Assembly (NCBI GenBank): GCA_938044295.1
Contig: CALIRC010000010.1
Coordinates: 1 to 32,083, forward strand
From: Minisyncoccota bacterium
GTDB taxonomy: Bacteria; Patescibacteriota; Minisyncoccia; Moranbacterales; GCA-2747515
DNA: 32,083 nucleotides
Direction of reading: 5' to 3'
Below, piece after piece: positions 22,777-32,083 of this stretch. Below the pieces are notes generated by a model. It was not told where the DNA came from and did no database searches. It saw only the letters and a program-made list of their open reading frames with translations. A program made the position numbers and the translations under genes. The first letter of the stretch is position 1, and each line of letters begins with the position of its first letter.

Positions 22777-24501
22777 ATGAAAAAAGCCCCTGCAAATCTA
22801 TTATTAGGGATAGCACTCCTGATTATACTACCTACAAGTACTCTAGCTGCCATAGAAAGCGAAACAGATACATCAAGTACGCTGTCAGACACACTGTCAG
22901 AGTTAGCTGAACTTGTAGAGCTGGTAGAAACAGTCGAAAAAAAAGTAGAAACAGCCATCGTAAGTCAGAAGGTAAATGACGAAAAAAAAATAGAAAAACA
23001 AGAGAGTACAATAGAGGTAATCAAACCAAAAATTACAGTAGCAGCGGAAGTAATCGGAGGAGATTTAGAAGTAGCACAATTACGTTTTTTTAGAAGCTAT
23101 TGCAATGTGCCTGGAGACAATACACCAGAAAACATTTTTGCAATCACGCAAGGCTCCGAAGTCATCGTGGACGCTTGCTACCAAGAAGGAATTGAAGATG
23201 GAGCATTTCAATCAATAACACCGATTAATACATTTTTCTTTGACGAAGAAAGTATCGAAGAAGAAAATGCAGGCTTTCTCGACGCCTCTAAATACAAAAA
23301 GACAGTAAGTGGTATAAATTGCGATCCATCAGGGACATATAATGTAACGGAAGGTAGTGGAGACACAAAACCATCTGACGCGTACTGTAAATTTACGTTC
23401 ACCCACATAGGAGATGATAAAAGTGAAATAGAAGAAGCTGAGGAGATAGAAGTGGAGGAGGTTGTGACAGAAAAAGAAAGTGCAGATGTACAGCAGGAAG
23501 AAAAAGAGACACTAGTAGAAACAGCTGAGGAAAATACTAAAGAAGACGCAGCGATATCAGAAAAAGAAGAAAGTGAAAAAACGCAAGAAGACGCTGAATC
23601 CTCAGTGCCAGTATTAGACAACGCATTAGCACCAACCAAGAAAATCGGGTCAGGCTACACACTAAAAGCTAGTATCAATGAGCTAGACGGCATGCTAAAA
23701 AGTATACCAGTCGACGCAGGATCTGTAGCAGATGTAGAAGTAACGATAACAAATGATAGTGGACCAGAGGATCTCGTGCTTTACATGTTCATAGCAAAAG
23801 TAAATGATCCTACAAATCCAGAAGATGAAGGTGTCTTTACAACAGATCATTACTTTGTAGATCAAAAGATAAAAACCGGCACATCAAAAACTTTTAATTT
23901 CCCATGGTTAAATGACGAAGAATCAGGATATTATCGCCTCTTTGCAGAAATTAAACGTATAGACTGGAGTGGTGAACCACTACAGAAAGAGCAAATAGCA
24001 TTTATACACGTACCAGAATCATCGGAACCACAATCAGTAGGTGCAAAAACACACAGGTTTTGGAGTGATCTCTACAAAGGACATTTCTATACCATTTCAC
24101 AGGAAGAAGCACAGAGGATAAGAGAAAATGACAAAAATTGGATCTACGAAGGTGCTGGAGATAAGACGGTCATCATAGATACGATCGCATCAGAAAACAT
24201 TACTGCACTAGGTTTGTTACCTGTGTATAGATTTTGGAGCGAAACCTACAAACACCATTTTTATACAATGAGTAAGAGTGAAAAAGAATTAATTCAGGAA
24301 AAAGACGAGAATTGGGCATACGAACACATCGCATACTATGCATATAGTAAACAGCAGATGGATACCACGCCAGTCTACCGTTTTTACTCAGACGCGTATA
24401 AAGGACACTTTTACACATCATCACAAACAGAAAAAGAATCCTTAGAAGACAATGACAAAAACTGGACTTATGAAGGCATAGCCTGGTATGTTCAAAAATA
24501 A
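22777..24501 (+). CDS. secreted protein with an acidic linker and three C-terminal DUF5648-type repeats
   Basis: Signal peptide MKKAPANLLLGIALLIILPTSTLAA and a Glu-rich low-complexity region. Three repeats fit the pattern (H/Y)RF(W/Y)S..YK.HFYT.S..E......D.NW.YE. The track ORF opens at a GTG (22732). Confidence 0.8.
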   Translation: MKKAPANLLLGIALLIILPTSTLAAIESETDTSSTLSDTLSELAELVELVETVEKKVETAIVSQKVNDEKKIEKQESTIEVIKPKITVAAEVIGGDLEVAQLRFFRSYCNVPGDNTPENIFAITQGSEVIVDACYQEGIEDGAFQSITPINTFFFDEESIEEENAGFLDASKYKKTVSGINCDPSGTYNVTEGSGDTKPSDAYCKFTFTHIGDDKSEIEEAEEIEVEEVVTEKESADVQQEEKETLVETAEENTKEDAAISEKEESEKTQEDAESSVPVLDNALAPTKKIGSGYTLKASINELDGMLKSIPVDAGSVADVEVTITNDSGPEDLVLYMFIAKVNDPTNPEDEGVFTTDHYFVDQKIKTGTSKTFNFPWLNDEESGYYRLFAEIKRIDWSGEPLQKEQIAFIHVPESSEPQSVGAKTHRFWSDLYKGHFYTISQEEAQRIRENDKNWIYEGAGDKTVIIDTIASENITALGLLPVYRFWSETYKHHFYTMSKSEKELIQEKDENWAYEHIAYYAYSKQQMDTTPVYRFYSDAYKGHFYTSSQTEKESLEDNDKNWTYEGIAWYVQK

Positions 24502-24520
24502 AGCAACATAAATACATATC

Positions 24521-24546
24521 AAAAATCCCTCTTGTAGGGATTTTTG
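24521..24546 (+). terminator. rho-independent terminator
   Basis: AAAAATCCCTcttgtAGGGATTTTT. Confidence 0.8.
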
Positions 24547-24578
24547 ATTATTGGCAATCATAATGCTACTATGGATGC

Positions 24579-25223
24579 ATGAAGAAGAAATACATTATAT
24601 GGATAGGGATCATTTGTGTCACAGCAATAATAATTGCAGGTACATGGTGGCTTTCTCGTGAGGTAGAGCGTGCCCAGATGACTGTGCATTATCATGCAAA
24701 TATAGCATTTTATATCAACGATAAACGACTCGACATAAGTAAGGATAAATACATGGAGGATATCGGCGCGTGCAAACCCGGAAATAAAAAGTCGCCTAGA
24801 GATCGCGTACACTTTCATGAGAACAATATGGATACAGTACACGTGCATGATGATGGGGTAACATGGGGTCACCTATTAAGTAATCTTGGCTTTAGTTTTT
24901 CTAAGCAAACGATCATATTTGACGATGGGCAAGTCATTGGTAACGATGAACATAAAAATTGGAAATTCGTATTAAATGGTCAGCAGGTGCCAAACCCATT
25001 TAACCTACAGATTCAGTCTCGCGACCGCCTTCTGATGAGTTACGGCAAAACAACGCAGGAAGAATTACAAAAGCAATTCGAAAACGTTTCACAAAATGCT
25101 GAGCAATACAACGGAAAATACGATCCAGGAATGTGTAAAGCTGATGAAAAACAAAATGTAGTCGTCAAGGCGATCATCGCATGGATGACAGAAAAAAAAC
25201 ATAAAAATCAAATGAATCATTAA
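24579..25223 (+). CDS. membrane-anchored extracytoplasmic protein with His-x-His motifs, hypothetical
   Basis: N-terminal TM anchor, then VHYHANIAFYINDKRLDIS...VHFHENNMDTVHVHDDGVTWGH. The repeated HxH spacing suggests metal binding, which is inference. Confidence 0.7.
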   Translation: MKKKYIIWIGIICVTAIIIAGTWWLSREVERAQMTVHYHANIAFYINDKRLDISKDKYMEDIGACKPGNKKSPRDRVHFHENNMDTVHVHDDGVTWGHLLSNLGFSFSKQTIIFDDGQVIGNDEHKNWKFVLNGQQVPNPFNLQIQSRDRLLMSYGKTTQEELQKQFENVSQNAEQYNGKYDPGMCKADEKQNVVVKAIIAWMTEKKHKNQMNH

Positions 25224-25300
25224 CCAAGAAGGCTGTATCTTTTCAGGTGAAAATACAACATGAAAAGCAAAGATTGAAGAGGTATAGCACTATTAAAAAA

Positions 25301-25876
25301 ATGAAAGTACTGATTGTAACAGCGCATCCTGCAAAAAAGGGATTTACACATAAAATTGCACAGAGCTATGCTAGCGCAGTAAACAAACATGGCGGAGAAA
25401 CGCATATCATGAATCTCTATGAAAACCAGTGGCGCCAAGAATTTCTCCAGTTTGAAGATCTGCGAGACATCAGACCAGATGAAACTGCAAAAAAAATCCG
25501 CGCAGAGATTACGTGGGCGACACAGATAGTATTTGTCTTTCCAGTCTGGTGGTTTAGTGTGCCTGCAGTGATGAAGAATTTTTTTGACCATAATTTTGCA
25601 GCAGGATTTGCATTTACATTTAAAGCTGGTAAACCCAAGGGTCTTCTCACTGGAAAGACAGCGCGCATCTTCACTACTGCAGATGGACCAAGCATGCTCT
25701 ATAGGATTTCTAAACCATTCTTTAGCATACCATTAACACGAGGCATTTTAGGATTTTGTGGAGTTAAAACACTGTCCGTTGATATCTTCACTGATCGTAT
25801 GAAATGGAAGGGTACCCAAAAAGAACGAGAGATCTTGAAAAAAGTAGCCAATCGTGCTAATGTACAAGGTCGATGA
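25301..25876 (+). CDS. flavodoxin-like fold NAD(P)H dehydrogenase (quinone)/FMN reductase family protein
   Basis: MKVLIVTAHPAKKGFTHKIA...VFVFPVWWFSVPAVMKNFFD matches the Flavodoxin_2 (NQO/KefF-like) pattern. The track ORF opens at a GTG (25247). Confidence 0.8.
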   Translation: MKVLIVTAHPAKKGFTHKIAQSYASAVNKHGGETHIMNLYENQWRQEFLQFEDLRDIRPDETAKKIRAEITWATQIVFVFPVWWFSVPAVMKNFFDHNFAAGFAFTFKAGKPKGLLTGKTARIFTTADGPSMLYRISKPFFSIPLTRGILGFCGVKTLSVDIFTDRMKWKGTQKEREILKKVANRANVQGR

Positions 25877-25889
25877 ATAGTATAGAATT

Positions 25890-27014
25890 ATGAAAAAAAT
25901 TGGAAATATAATCGCGCGCTACCCACTAGTGACGTTTTTGCTAGCATTAGTGATACTTTTTGCAATCATTGCAGGAAGTAGTAGCCTTCGAAAAGAGGCA
26001 CAAAACGAAGAAGAGGAAGTACATGCACAGCCACGAAGTGTGGCAGTATTTGATGAATCTGCCAAGCATGCAATAAAAGTACTCGCCGAAGTTGATCGTG
26101 CTGACACGATTACACTAATCGCTACAAAAAGCGGCGTCATAAATCGTATCGCAAAAGAAGGTGAATACGTCTACCATGGCGCAGAAATTGCATACACTGC
26201 AGACACGTATAGTGGGACATCTGTAGCGAGCACAAGCGCTGCAATCGCCAAGGGTGCGCTCGCGCATCAGGAAGAAATTCACAGTGATCAGGAAAAAATA
26301 TTAGAAATTCGAGAGGAAAGTATAAATAAAACAGATCGTGATGAAGTGAAAATAGCGCGTAAGCAAATTTCTCTCGAGGAAAAGGCAAATGACTTTAATC
26401 TGAATAACGCAAAGCTAAACTGGGAACAAGCGCAAGCAAATGCGGCATTAGCAAGTACGACAGCACCATTTACTGGATACATTCAAAGTATATTTGTACG
26501 TGTAGGAGACAGTGTGTCGCAGGGGCAGGCACTAGCCGTATTGCAAGCAGAGAACCAGGCTGATGCACAACTAGTTGCCTACGTAGGCAAAGAGCGCGCA
26601 GCACGTCTGAGTCTTACTGGACGAACCTATGCAGAAATAAACGGCGTACAAGTTGATCTCGAAGTCGTCTACATCGCTACAGCACCCACAAAAGCTGGGG
26701 CTTATGCAGTAACCTTAAAGGTAAAGGATCCACAAAGTGAAGTGGATATCGCAGATGGGATGTACGTCACAGTACACCTCTCTTTAGTGCAGGACGAAGA
26801 GGGAGAGCGGATGATTCCACTCGATGCTGTACGCTACGGTAGTACTGGTCCAGAAGTATTTATCATAGAAGGTGATAGCGCACAGTCAGTTGCTGTGACG
26901 CTCGGTCCAGTAGTTGGTGCAATGATCTCCGTAACGCAGGGATTGGCCACAGAAGATGTGATTATTCTCGATCGATCTGTCACCGTAGGTGAGAGGGTCG
27001 TAGCAGCGCAGTAA
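25890..27014 (+). CDS. efflux transporter periplasmic adaptor (membrane fusion protein, HlyD/RND-MFP family)
   Basis: N-terminal anchor, coiled-coil hairpin region, lipoyl/beta-barrel motifs (APFTGYIQSIFVRVGDSVSQGQALAVL). It lies immediately upstream of the RND pump. Confidence 0.8.
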   Translation: MKKIGNIIARYPLVTFLLALVILFAIIAGSSSLRKEAQNEEEEVHAQPRSVAVFDESAKHAIKVLAEVDRADTITLIATKSGVINRIAKEGEYVYHGAEIAYTADTYSGTSVASTSAAIAKGALAHQEEIHSDQEKILEIREESINKTDRDEVKIARKQISLEEKANDFNLNNAKLNWEQAQANAALASTTAPFTGYIQSIFVRVGDSVSQGQALAVLQAENQADAQLVAYVGKERAARLSLTGRTYAEINGVQVDLEVVYIATAPTKAGAYAVTLKVKDPQSEVDIADGMYVTVHLSLVQDEEGERMIPLDAVRYGSTGPEVFIIEGDSAQSVAVTLGPVVGAMISVTQGLATEDVIILDRSVTVGERVVAAQ

Positions 27015-27115
27015 AAGTTTGCATAAGATGCACTACATATTGTAAAGGTAGGGCAGATAAGGTATCCAGTAAATGAAGATGGAGAAATTTGACCGATGTT
27101 ATATTTCCACAAAAA

Positions 27116-30100
27116 ATGAACGACTATCTCAAAAATATCAACTTCCGTGAGGATGATGTAAAAAAAGGCATACGAGCATATTTAAAAAATATGCGCATTG
27201 TGTCTCTTTTGGTGATTGGACTGATAATCGGCGGCTTCGTTTCATACAAAAGCCTACCACAAACAGTGGCACCAGAAATAAATCTCACAATGCTAGTAGT
27301 GAGTGCCGCACTACCAGGAGCAATTCCTGAAGATGTTGAATCGCTTCTGACAATTCCACTAGAAGATGAACTCAGAGCAGTAGATGGCATCGACACTGTT
27401 GAGGCTTCAGCTGGAAGTGGCTCCACATCGATCGTAATGACATTTACGCGTGGTGTGGATAAAAACCGCGCTCTAGCAGATGTAGAGGCAGCACTCGGAC
27501 GCGTGGGAGAGTTACCTGAGGATGCAACAGAGCCACGTGTAGTAGCAGTAGATTTTGAGGATGCACCAATCGTACGATGGACCTTTGCAGCCAATGAAGA
27601 AAGCTCTACATCACTACTTATAAAGATGCAGAAGCTAATTGATAGTTTAGAATCAGATCAAAAAATAGATCGCGTCATAAGCGGAGGGAAACCAAAGCAA
27701 GAAGTGCAGATTATCATCACGCAGCAGGCATTAAGTACGTACGGCATTGGAGTAGGTGATGTACACGCAGCAGTGGCAAGCGGTGTTCTAACACTACCCA
27801 GTGGAGTACTCAAGGGAGTATCACTCGAGCGATCATTGTCGATTGATGCATCTGTTGATAGCATAGATGATTTAAGGAATCTCCCACTTTCACTTCCAGA
27901 AAGCGCGCAAATTATCACACTTGGAGATATAGCAGCAATTATTGAGCGACCTGCACCGGGAACACCAGATGCGTACATTTTTAAAGATGATACAGCAAAA
28001 AAAATCGTCACACTTGATGTTTACAGGACAACAGGTGTCGATATCACAGACGCTGTAGAAAAAGCTCAAGCAATCACTGATGAATTCATGGAAACAAGTG
28101 GCAAGGGGCTTATGCGGTATGAAACATTCAATGCTGATACAGAGCTCTCAGATCAATTCAATGAGCTCATGCGAAATCTAAGCGCTACTGTGCTATTGGT
28201 GTTTGTAACCCTGACATTATTTGTCGGGCGCAGACAAGCTTTACTTGCATCGATTTCCATACCACTTATTTATGCGATCACATTTATTGCTATGCGCTTC
28301 ACAGGTATAAGCGTAAACTTTCTCTCACTATTCTCACTGACCATTTCTCTCGGACTTCTTGTAGATGTAACGATCGTAATCGTCAGCGCGATGACGACCT
28401 ATATGCGCGATGGTTCATTTGGCGCACATAAGACGGGTATACTCGTATTTCGCGATTTTTTTGTTACACTCATCATGACGACACTGACAACAGTGTGGGC
28501 ATTTGTCCCATTATTGCTTGCCGGCGGAATTATTGGAGAATATATAAAACCAATTCCAGTGGTAGTAAGTAGTGTACTTGCCGCTTCTGTTCTGGTGGGA
28601 TTTTTCGTAATTTTGCCACTGATGATCTGGCTTTTTGATTTTTCTTTGCCGAAGCGAGTGTTGGTGTTCTTGCGCTTCTTGATTTTTGTAGGTATTTTAG
28701 GTTTTTTTGCACAAGGTATGATGTTGCCATTACCACTTGCAGTTACTGCTGCAGTAGCTTTTTCACTTGTTTTAGGATCTGGGAGGCTTTTGTTAATCAA
28801 ATGGAAGGAATCAAGAAGAGTCAAAAAAATCGCAGCAGGGAAAGATATGGCAGTGCGCGATGTTCCACAGACAATTATAAATATCTCAGCACTGCAAGCT
28901 CGCTATCAGCACATCCTTGAAAACATTCTGGCAACAAAAGCCGCACGCTATAAAACAATTGGAATGGTTGCAGTATTTTTTATCTTCGCGTGTAGTTTAG
29001 TCGCAATGGGATTTGTCAAAAACGAATTTTTCCCAGGAGGTGACAACAACATTCTTTTTGTTGAGGTGGACTTACCAGATGGCACAACAGTCGGTGAGGC
29101 AAAACAAAAAACACAAGAGTTATTGCCACAGCTCGGCGCAGTCGAAGGCGTCTCATATGTGACAATGCAGATTGGATTTGGGACAAATAACGATGGAGGG
29201 ACATCAAAAACAGGAAACGACAGCGTGCTGTTCACATTGAAAACACCTGAAAAAAAGGATGGTGGTCGTGGTGCAAAAGTAATTGCACAAGAATTGCGTA
29301 GCGCACAGTTCATCAGCGCATTTCGTGGCGGTGAAATCGCAGTAGTGGAGCAAGAGGGTGGTCCGCCAGCAGGTGCAGACGTCACAATCACATTTCGAGG
29401 CGATGAATTACCAGTACTACAAGACCTTGCAAACACGCTTAAAAACACACTCGAAACAAGTTCACAAGAATATCTAGTTGAGAATCTCGAGATCACTCCA
29501 GCAGTAGCTGCAGCAACAATCGCATTTGAACCAAATGATCACCTATTAAAAAGGGAGGGAATCACGCGCGGCGAGATTTCCAGCACACTTCGCCTCTTGA
29601 CGACAGGTATTACACTGCAGGATGATGTAGAATTCACTGGATTCACTGACAAAAGAGACATAGTTTTGCGCATGAATGAAAAAGAGGCATCGCTAGCTGA
29701 CATTGGACAGATCCACATAGCAGGAAAAAATGGTCCAGTACCGATCGATGCACTTGGCAGCATCACACTTAAAGAAAATATCACAAACATAAACAGAGAG
29801 GACTTTGACCGTACCGTATCTGTAACAGCTTCCGTAAAAGAAGAAGGGAACATTGGTGAAGTGAACTCAGCAATCGGCACTTTGATAGATGAGCAAATAA
29901 ATCTTCCAGCAGGATATACATGGAAAACAGGCGGTGCAAACGAAGAAAATAATGAATCTGTCGTTGCAATTATTCAAGGAATGGGACTAGCAGCCGCACT
30001 TATTTTTCTTACGCTCATTATTCATTTGCGTTCATACCGAAAAGCAGCAATCGTACTGATGACCGTACCGCTAGCAATTAGTGGGGTATTTATAATCTTT

Positions 30101-30457
30101 GGGATAATCGGCATCCCACTATCTTTTCCATCGCTGATTGGTTTATTAGCGCTCTTTGGTATTGTGGTAAACAATGCTATCATCATCATTTCGCAGATCA
30201 ATGCAAACCGCGACGTGGGTATCAGCTTTCACGAATCTGTGATCAGTGGGGCAACAAGTCGTCTAGAGCCAATCTTACTTTCATCACTAACAACCATTAT
30301 CGGTCTCCTCCCAATCACGCTCAGCGATCCAATCTGGCAGGGTCTCGGTGGAGCAATCATCGCAGGCCTCATGTTTTCAGGAGTGATCATGCTTTTTTTC
30401 ATCCCTACACTTTACTACATCATGATGAGCGATGAAGATGTAGAGCGCATAGCATAA
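27116..30457 (+). CDS. RND superfamily efflux permease (AcrB/AcrD/AcrF family)
   Basis: Over 1100 aa with the 12-TM, two-large-loop architecture and duplicated halves. Conserved TM4/TM10-type segments are present. The start is ATG 27116 or TTG 27089. Confidence 0.9.
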   Translation: MNDYLKNINFREDDVKKGIRAYLKNMRIVSLLVIGLIIGGFVSYKSLPQTVAPEINLTMLVVSAALPGAIPEDVESLLTIPLEDELRAVDGIDTVEASAGSGSTSIVMTFTRGVDKNRALADVEAALGRVGELPEDATEPRVVAVDFEDAPIVRWTFAANEESSTSLLIKMQKLIDSLESDQKIDRVISGGKPKQEVQIIITQQALSTYGIGVGDVHAAVASGVLTLPSGVLKGVSLERSLSIDASVDSIDDLRNLPLSLPESAQIITLGDIAAIIERPAPGTPDAYIFKDDTAKKIVTLDVYRTTGVDITDAVEKAQAITDEFMETSGKGLMRYETFNADTELSDQFNELMRNLSATVLLVFVTLTLFVGRRQALLASISIPLIYAITFIAMRFTGISVNFLSLFSLTISLGLLVDVTIVIVSAMTTYMRDGSFGAHKTGILVFRDFFVTLIMTTLTTVWAFVPLLLAGGIIGEYIKPIPVVVSSVLAASVLVGFFVILPLMIWLFDFSLPKRVLVFLRFLIFVGILGFFAQGMMLPLPLAVTAAVAFSLVLGSGRLLLIKWKESRRVKKIAAGKDMAVRDVPQTIINISALQARYQHILENILATKAARYKTIGMVAVFFIFACSLVAMGFVKNEFFPGGDNNILFVEVDLPDGTTVGEAKQKTQELLPQLGAVEGVSYVTMQIGFGTNNDGGTSKTGNDSVLFTLKTPEKKDGGRGAKVIAQELRSAQFISAFRGGEIAVVEQEGGPPAGADVTITFRGDELPVLQDLANTLKNTLETSSQEYLVENLEITPAVAAATIAFEPNDHLLKREGITRGEISSTLRLLTTGITLQDDVEFTGFTDKRDIVLRMNEKEASLADIGQIHIAGKNGPVPIDALGSITLKENITNINREDFDRTVSVTASVKEEGNIGEVNSAIGTLIDEQINLPAGYTWKTGGANEENNESVVAIIQGMGLAAALIFLTLIIHLRSYRKAAIVLMTVPLAISGVFIIFGIIGIPLSFPSLIGLLALFGIVVNNAIIIISQINANRDVGISFHESVISGATSRLEPILLSSLTTIIGLLPITLSDPIWQGLGGAIIAGLMFSGVIMLFFIPTLYYIMMSDEDVERIA

Positions 30458-30478
30458 AAAAATTCAATACACAAAGCA

Positions 30479-30514
30479 CAAAACAACCTGTCGACTTATA
30501 GACTGGTTGTTTTC
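30479..30514 (+). terminator. rho-independent terminator
   Basis: AAACAACCtGTCgacttataGACtGGTTGTTTT. Confidence 0.7.
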
Positions 30515-30613
30515 GAGTACAAACCTCATAAAAATATTTTGCAGAGCTATGAAAAATAGCAAGCAGCAAGGGGATATATAGTCAAAAGAAAGAAAAAAAC
30601 CGCTATCAATGAG

Positions 30614-30641
30614 TTGACAAATTTAAAATAAATGTTATAAT
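30614..30641 (+). promoter_or_regulatory. promoter TTGACA-16 nt-TGtTATAAT
   Basis: Consensus -35 at 30614..30619 and consensus -10 at 30636..30641 with a TG extension. Confidence 0.6.
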
Positions 30642-30705
30642 AGTATGTCATGAAAATACATATTAATAGCACACATAATAGTGATCAGTTCATCTAATGT
30701 GATTC

Positions 30706-31851
30706 ATGATCGTTCATTTACAGCAAAACTGGAGGATACGTCCCGTGGCCGATGATAAAAATACGCTTGTAGAAAAAATACAAGAAGTAGCAAGTGAAAC
30801 CTCAAAAATGGCAGGGGAATCATTTGAGCCAGTAGAAAGCATAATCGTACAACACTTCGGTAGTGAAGTGTGGTCGTTTATTGTTTTACTAATATGTGCC
30901 ATTATTTCTGCGTCATTTTTACGCAGAGCACGTCAGGTAGAAATCGTAGATATTTTTTTGAAAAAGAGAGCAAAAAGTATCAAATCTATCGAAAAAGCTC
31001 TGATAAATAAATGGGTCGTTGTAGTTATGAGTGCATGTTTTGCTCTGACTATAGCACTTTTGATACGAGCTGATAAAATTTCTGGCACGCTAATTGATCA
31101 TGTTGAGAAATTAAATCACTTACTAATCGTAGCTTCAATACTCATATTTCTTGGAGGGCGGTTTGTAAGAGTGTATAGGTTCAACTCATACATGAAGAAG
31201 GTTGGAAATCCAACAATAATCAATATCCTTGCCGTACGTTTTATAGCGGTGTTAATTGTGATCTACGCATTTGCGCTTTATGGAGCAGATCTAGGAACGA
31301 TTCAAGGTTTTGAGATCAACAAGGCAGTACTTGTCACAGGTGTTGCGGCGTTTATTGCGTACATCGCAAAACAAATTGGGTTGAAAAATCTGTACTTAGG
31401 ACGCTTGCATGTCCTGATACGATTTATGAGCATAGATGGTCCCACAAATGGGTATCTCAGACGCATCACGCTTCATACAGTATATTTTGAAACAATAGAT
31501 GGACGTTGGATACCAAAGCCAACGAAAGAGCTGCTAAACGAGACATATGAAGTCTTGGCTGGTCGCTCACATTTTCCACAGAAAGAAAACATCACTATTT
31601 CCGATTTCGCGAGAGAAAAGTGGGGAGAAGATCTGCCCAGAATTGCGGAGAAGATGCTCCAAGAAAACCTGGAGTTAACCGAGGGTGTGAGTAAGCAGAT
31701 CAAATGCTCTTTTCAAATCATGACAAAAAATGATGGAACAAGCATTCTACAGTTAGAGGCGAGGTATCCCATACCACGCCACTGTAGCAGAGAAAAAAAT
31801 GATCTCATCGTAATGAAGTTATATAGTCTTTGCGCAAAAAGCGAAGATTAA
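30706..31851 (+). CDS. multi-pass membrane protein, possibly MscS-like mechanosensitive channel
   Basis: Several TM helices are followed by a segment resembling the MscS pore-helix/beta-domain junction (GVAAFIAYIAKQIGLKNLYLGRL...GYLRRITLHTVYFETIDGRWIPKPTKELLNETYEVL). The assignment is weak. Confidence 0.5.
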   Translation: MIVHLQQNWRIRPVADDKNTLVEKIQEVASETSKMAGESFEPVESIIVQHFGSEVWSFIVLLICAIISASFLRRARQVEIVDIFLKKRAKSIKSIEKALINKWVVVVMSACFALTIALLIRADKISGTLIDHVEKLNHLLIVASILIFLGGRFVRVYRFNSYMKKVGNPTIINILAVRFIAVLIVIYAFALYGADLGTIQGFEINKAVLVTGVAAFIAYIAKQIGLKNLYLGRLHVLIRFMSIDGPTNGYLRRITLHTVYFETIDGRWIPKPTKELLNETYEVLAGRSHFPQKENITISDFAREKWGEDLPRIAEKMLQENLELTEGVSKQIKCSFQIMTKNDGTSILQLEARYPIPRHCSREKNDLIVMKLYSLCAKSED

Positions 31852-31860
31852 AGGAAGATA

Positions 31861-31890
31861 AACGCAGTAAACAAAAAGTTTACTGCGTTT
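31861..31890 (+). terminator. rho-independent terminator
   Basis: AACGCAGTAAACaaaaaGTTTACTGCGTTT. Confidence 0.8.
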
Positions 31891-31985
31891 AATTTTATGT
31901 CAAATAGAGTGTGCAGATGTATGTGTACTGAAATAAATAGAAATGAAAAAACTCTGATATACTAAAAAAATATAAAGCATAATAT

Positions 31986-32083
31986 ATGAAAGAAAAAATA
32001 GCAGTCTGGTGGATAAGACAAGACTTACGTTGTAATGACAACCCAGCGCTACAAAGGGCACAGGAACATGAACGTGTCTTACC
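31986..32083 (+). CDS. deoxyribodipyrimidine photolyase/cryptochrome family protein, N-terminal fragment, continues past the right edge
   Basis: Hand translation MKEKIAVWWIRQDLRCNDNPALQRAQEHERVL matches the photolyase N-terminal WFRxDLRxxDNxAL signature. Confidence 0.7.
   Translation, partial: MKEKIAVWWIRQDLRCNDNPALQRAQEHERVL

Noticed and set aside
30650-30697. A 15-codon ORF (MKIHINSTHNSDQFI) starting near the predicted +1 of the 30614..30641 promoter, upstream of the membrane protein gene.
   Set aside because: It is too short and compositionally unremarkable to support as a leader peptide without conservation or ribosome data.
1-32083. CRISPR arrays, tRNA/rRNA genes, transposases or integrases, and alternative genetic code (UGA recoding).
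   Set aside because: No regularly spaced direct repeats exist outside coding repeats. No tRNA-like T-loops were seen in any intergenic region, and no recombinase-like ORFs are present. Genes of over 1000 codons are uninterrupted under the standard code.

Overview
This is a gene-dense, AT-rich bacterial chromosomal segment read with the standard genetic code, since all long ORFs are intact. It may come from an uncultivated small-genome lineage, but that is inference only. I support about 31 protein genes. Housekeeping genes: class II fructose-bisphosphate aldolase, TypA/BipA GTPase, ribosomal proteins L33 and L28, a beta-CASP RNase, NDH-2, MscL, and the start of a photolyase. Envelope and accessory genes: an L,D-transpeptidase divergent from an ECF sigma/anti-sigma pair, two adjacent double-domain GH130-like glycoside phosphorylase paralogs, two endonuclease/exonuclease/phosphatase (EEP) paralogs flanking a small opposite-strand gene, a large secreted protein with DUF5648-type repeats, a His-rich secreted repeat protein, and an MFP+RND efflux pair preceded by a flavodoxin-like quinone reductase. 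I found no rRNA, tRNA, CRISPR array, transposase or integrase. The least explained content is non-coding. (1) A structured element occurs twice (2215..2289 and 8686..8802); its sequence differences preserve pairing only on the minus strand. (2) Three near-consensus sigma70 promoters are each followed within about 100 nt by an intrinsic-terminator hairpin where no gene ends (135..255, 6094..6184, 11248..11378). (3) A 1.2-kb gap without a credible ORF lies upstream of fba. (4) A 127-nt nested palindrome lies between convergent genes (20491..20617). All calls come from reading the sequence and from remembered family motifs. No database search or folding program was run, so family names and RNA folds are hypotheses.
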